Assembly: GCA_963766735.1 (NCBI GenBank)
Contig: CAVYBU010000018.1
Coordinates: forward strand, 1 to 56,759
Source of the DNA: an uncultured Chloroflexia bacterium
Lineage (GTDB): Bacteria; Chloroflexota; Limnocylindria; Limnocylindrales; CSP1-4
Direction of reading: 5' to 3'
DNA length: 56,759 bases
The translations under genes and the position numbers were made by a program. The notes under the pieces are model-generated. The model was not told the origin of the DNA. It searched no databases and worked only from the letters and a program-made list of their open reading frames with translations. Below are positions 55,365 to 56,759 of this stretch, piece after piece (within the stretch, counting starts at the first letter, position 1; every line of letters starts with the position of its first letter).

Positions 55365-56759
<1,395 letters not shown>

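Overview
Very GC-rich bacterial chromosomal window of about 55 genes. Gene content (cofDCE, AceE-type pyruvate dehydrogenase, arg genes, many leaderless starts) suggests Chloroflexota or Actinomycetota; this is inference. In order it holds: a small Zn-ribbon protein; class III aminotransferase; UROD/MtaA-like protein; an accessory stretch (frameshifted DUF6869-like fusion, GNAT, a coupled HTH_17 plus unknown His/Cys-rich gene pair, TM0106-type nuclease-helicase); MFS and pentapeptide-repeat protein; amidinotransferase-M20-GNAT operon; cysteine desulfurase-like protein; yceI/marR-DUF72; PQQ-type dehydrogenase; FTR1; aceE; SRPBCC; 5'-3' exonuclease; mtnP operon; F420 cluster; trxB plus ABC exporter; GDPD-GATase; argCJBRG with ARG boxes; orphan GAF kinase; FAD oxidoreductase, add, argH; and a galactoside locus (galT, DeoR, sugar ABC, GH2 running off the end). 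No rRNA, tRNA, CRISPR array or transposase was recognised. Several single-base frameshifts look like sequencing errors. The best candidates for new biology are an autoregulated toxin-antitoxin-like pair (5124-5940), a leaderless 22-codon uORF coupled to argC, recurrent CTG initiation, a CsoR/CstR-type operator on trxB and a REPIN-like palindrome. All family calls are by eye; no searches were run.
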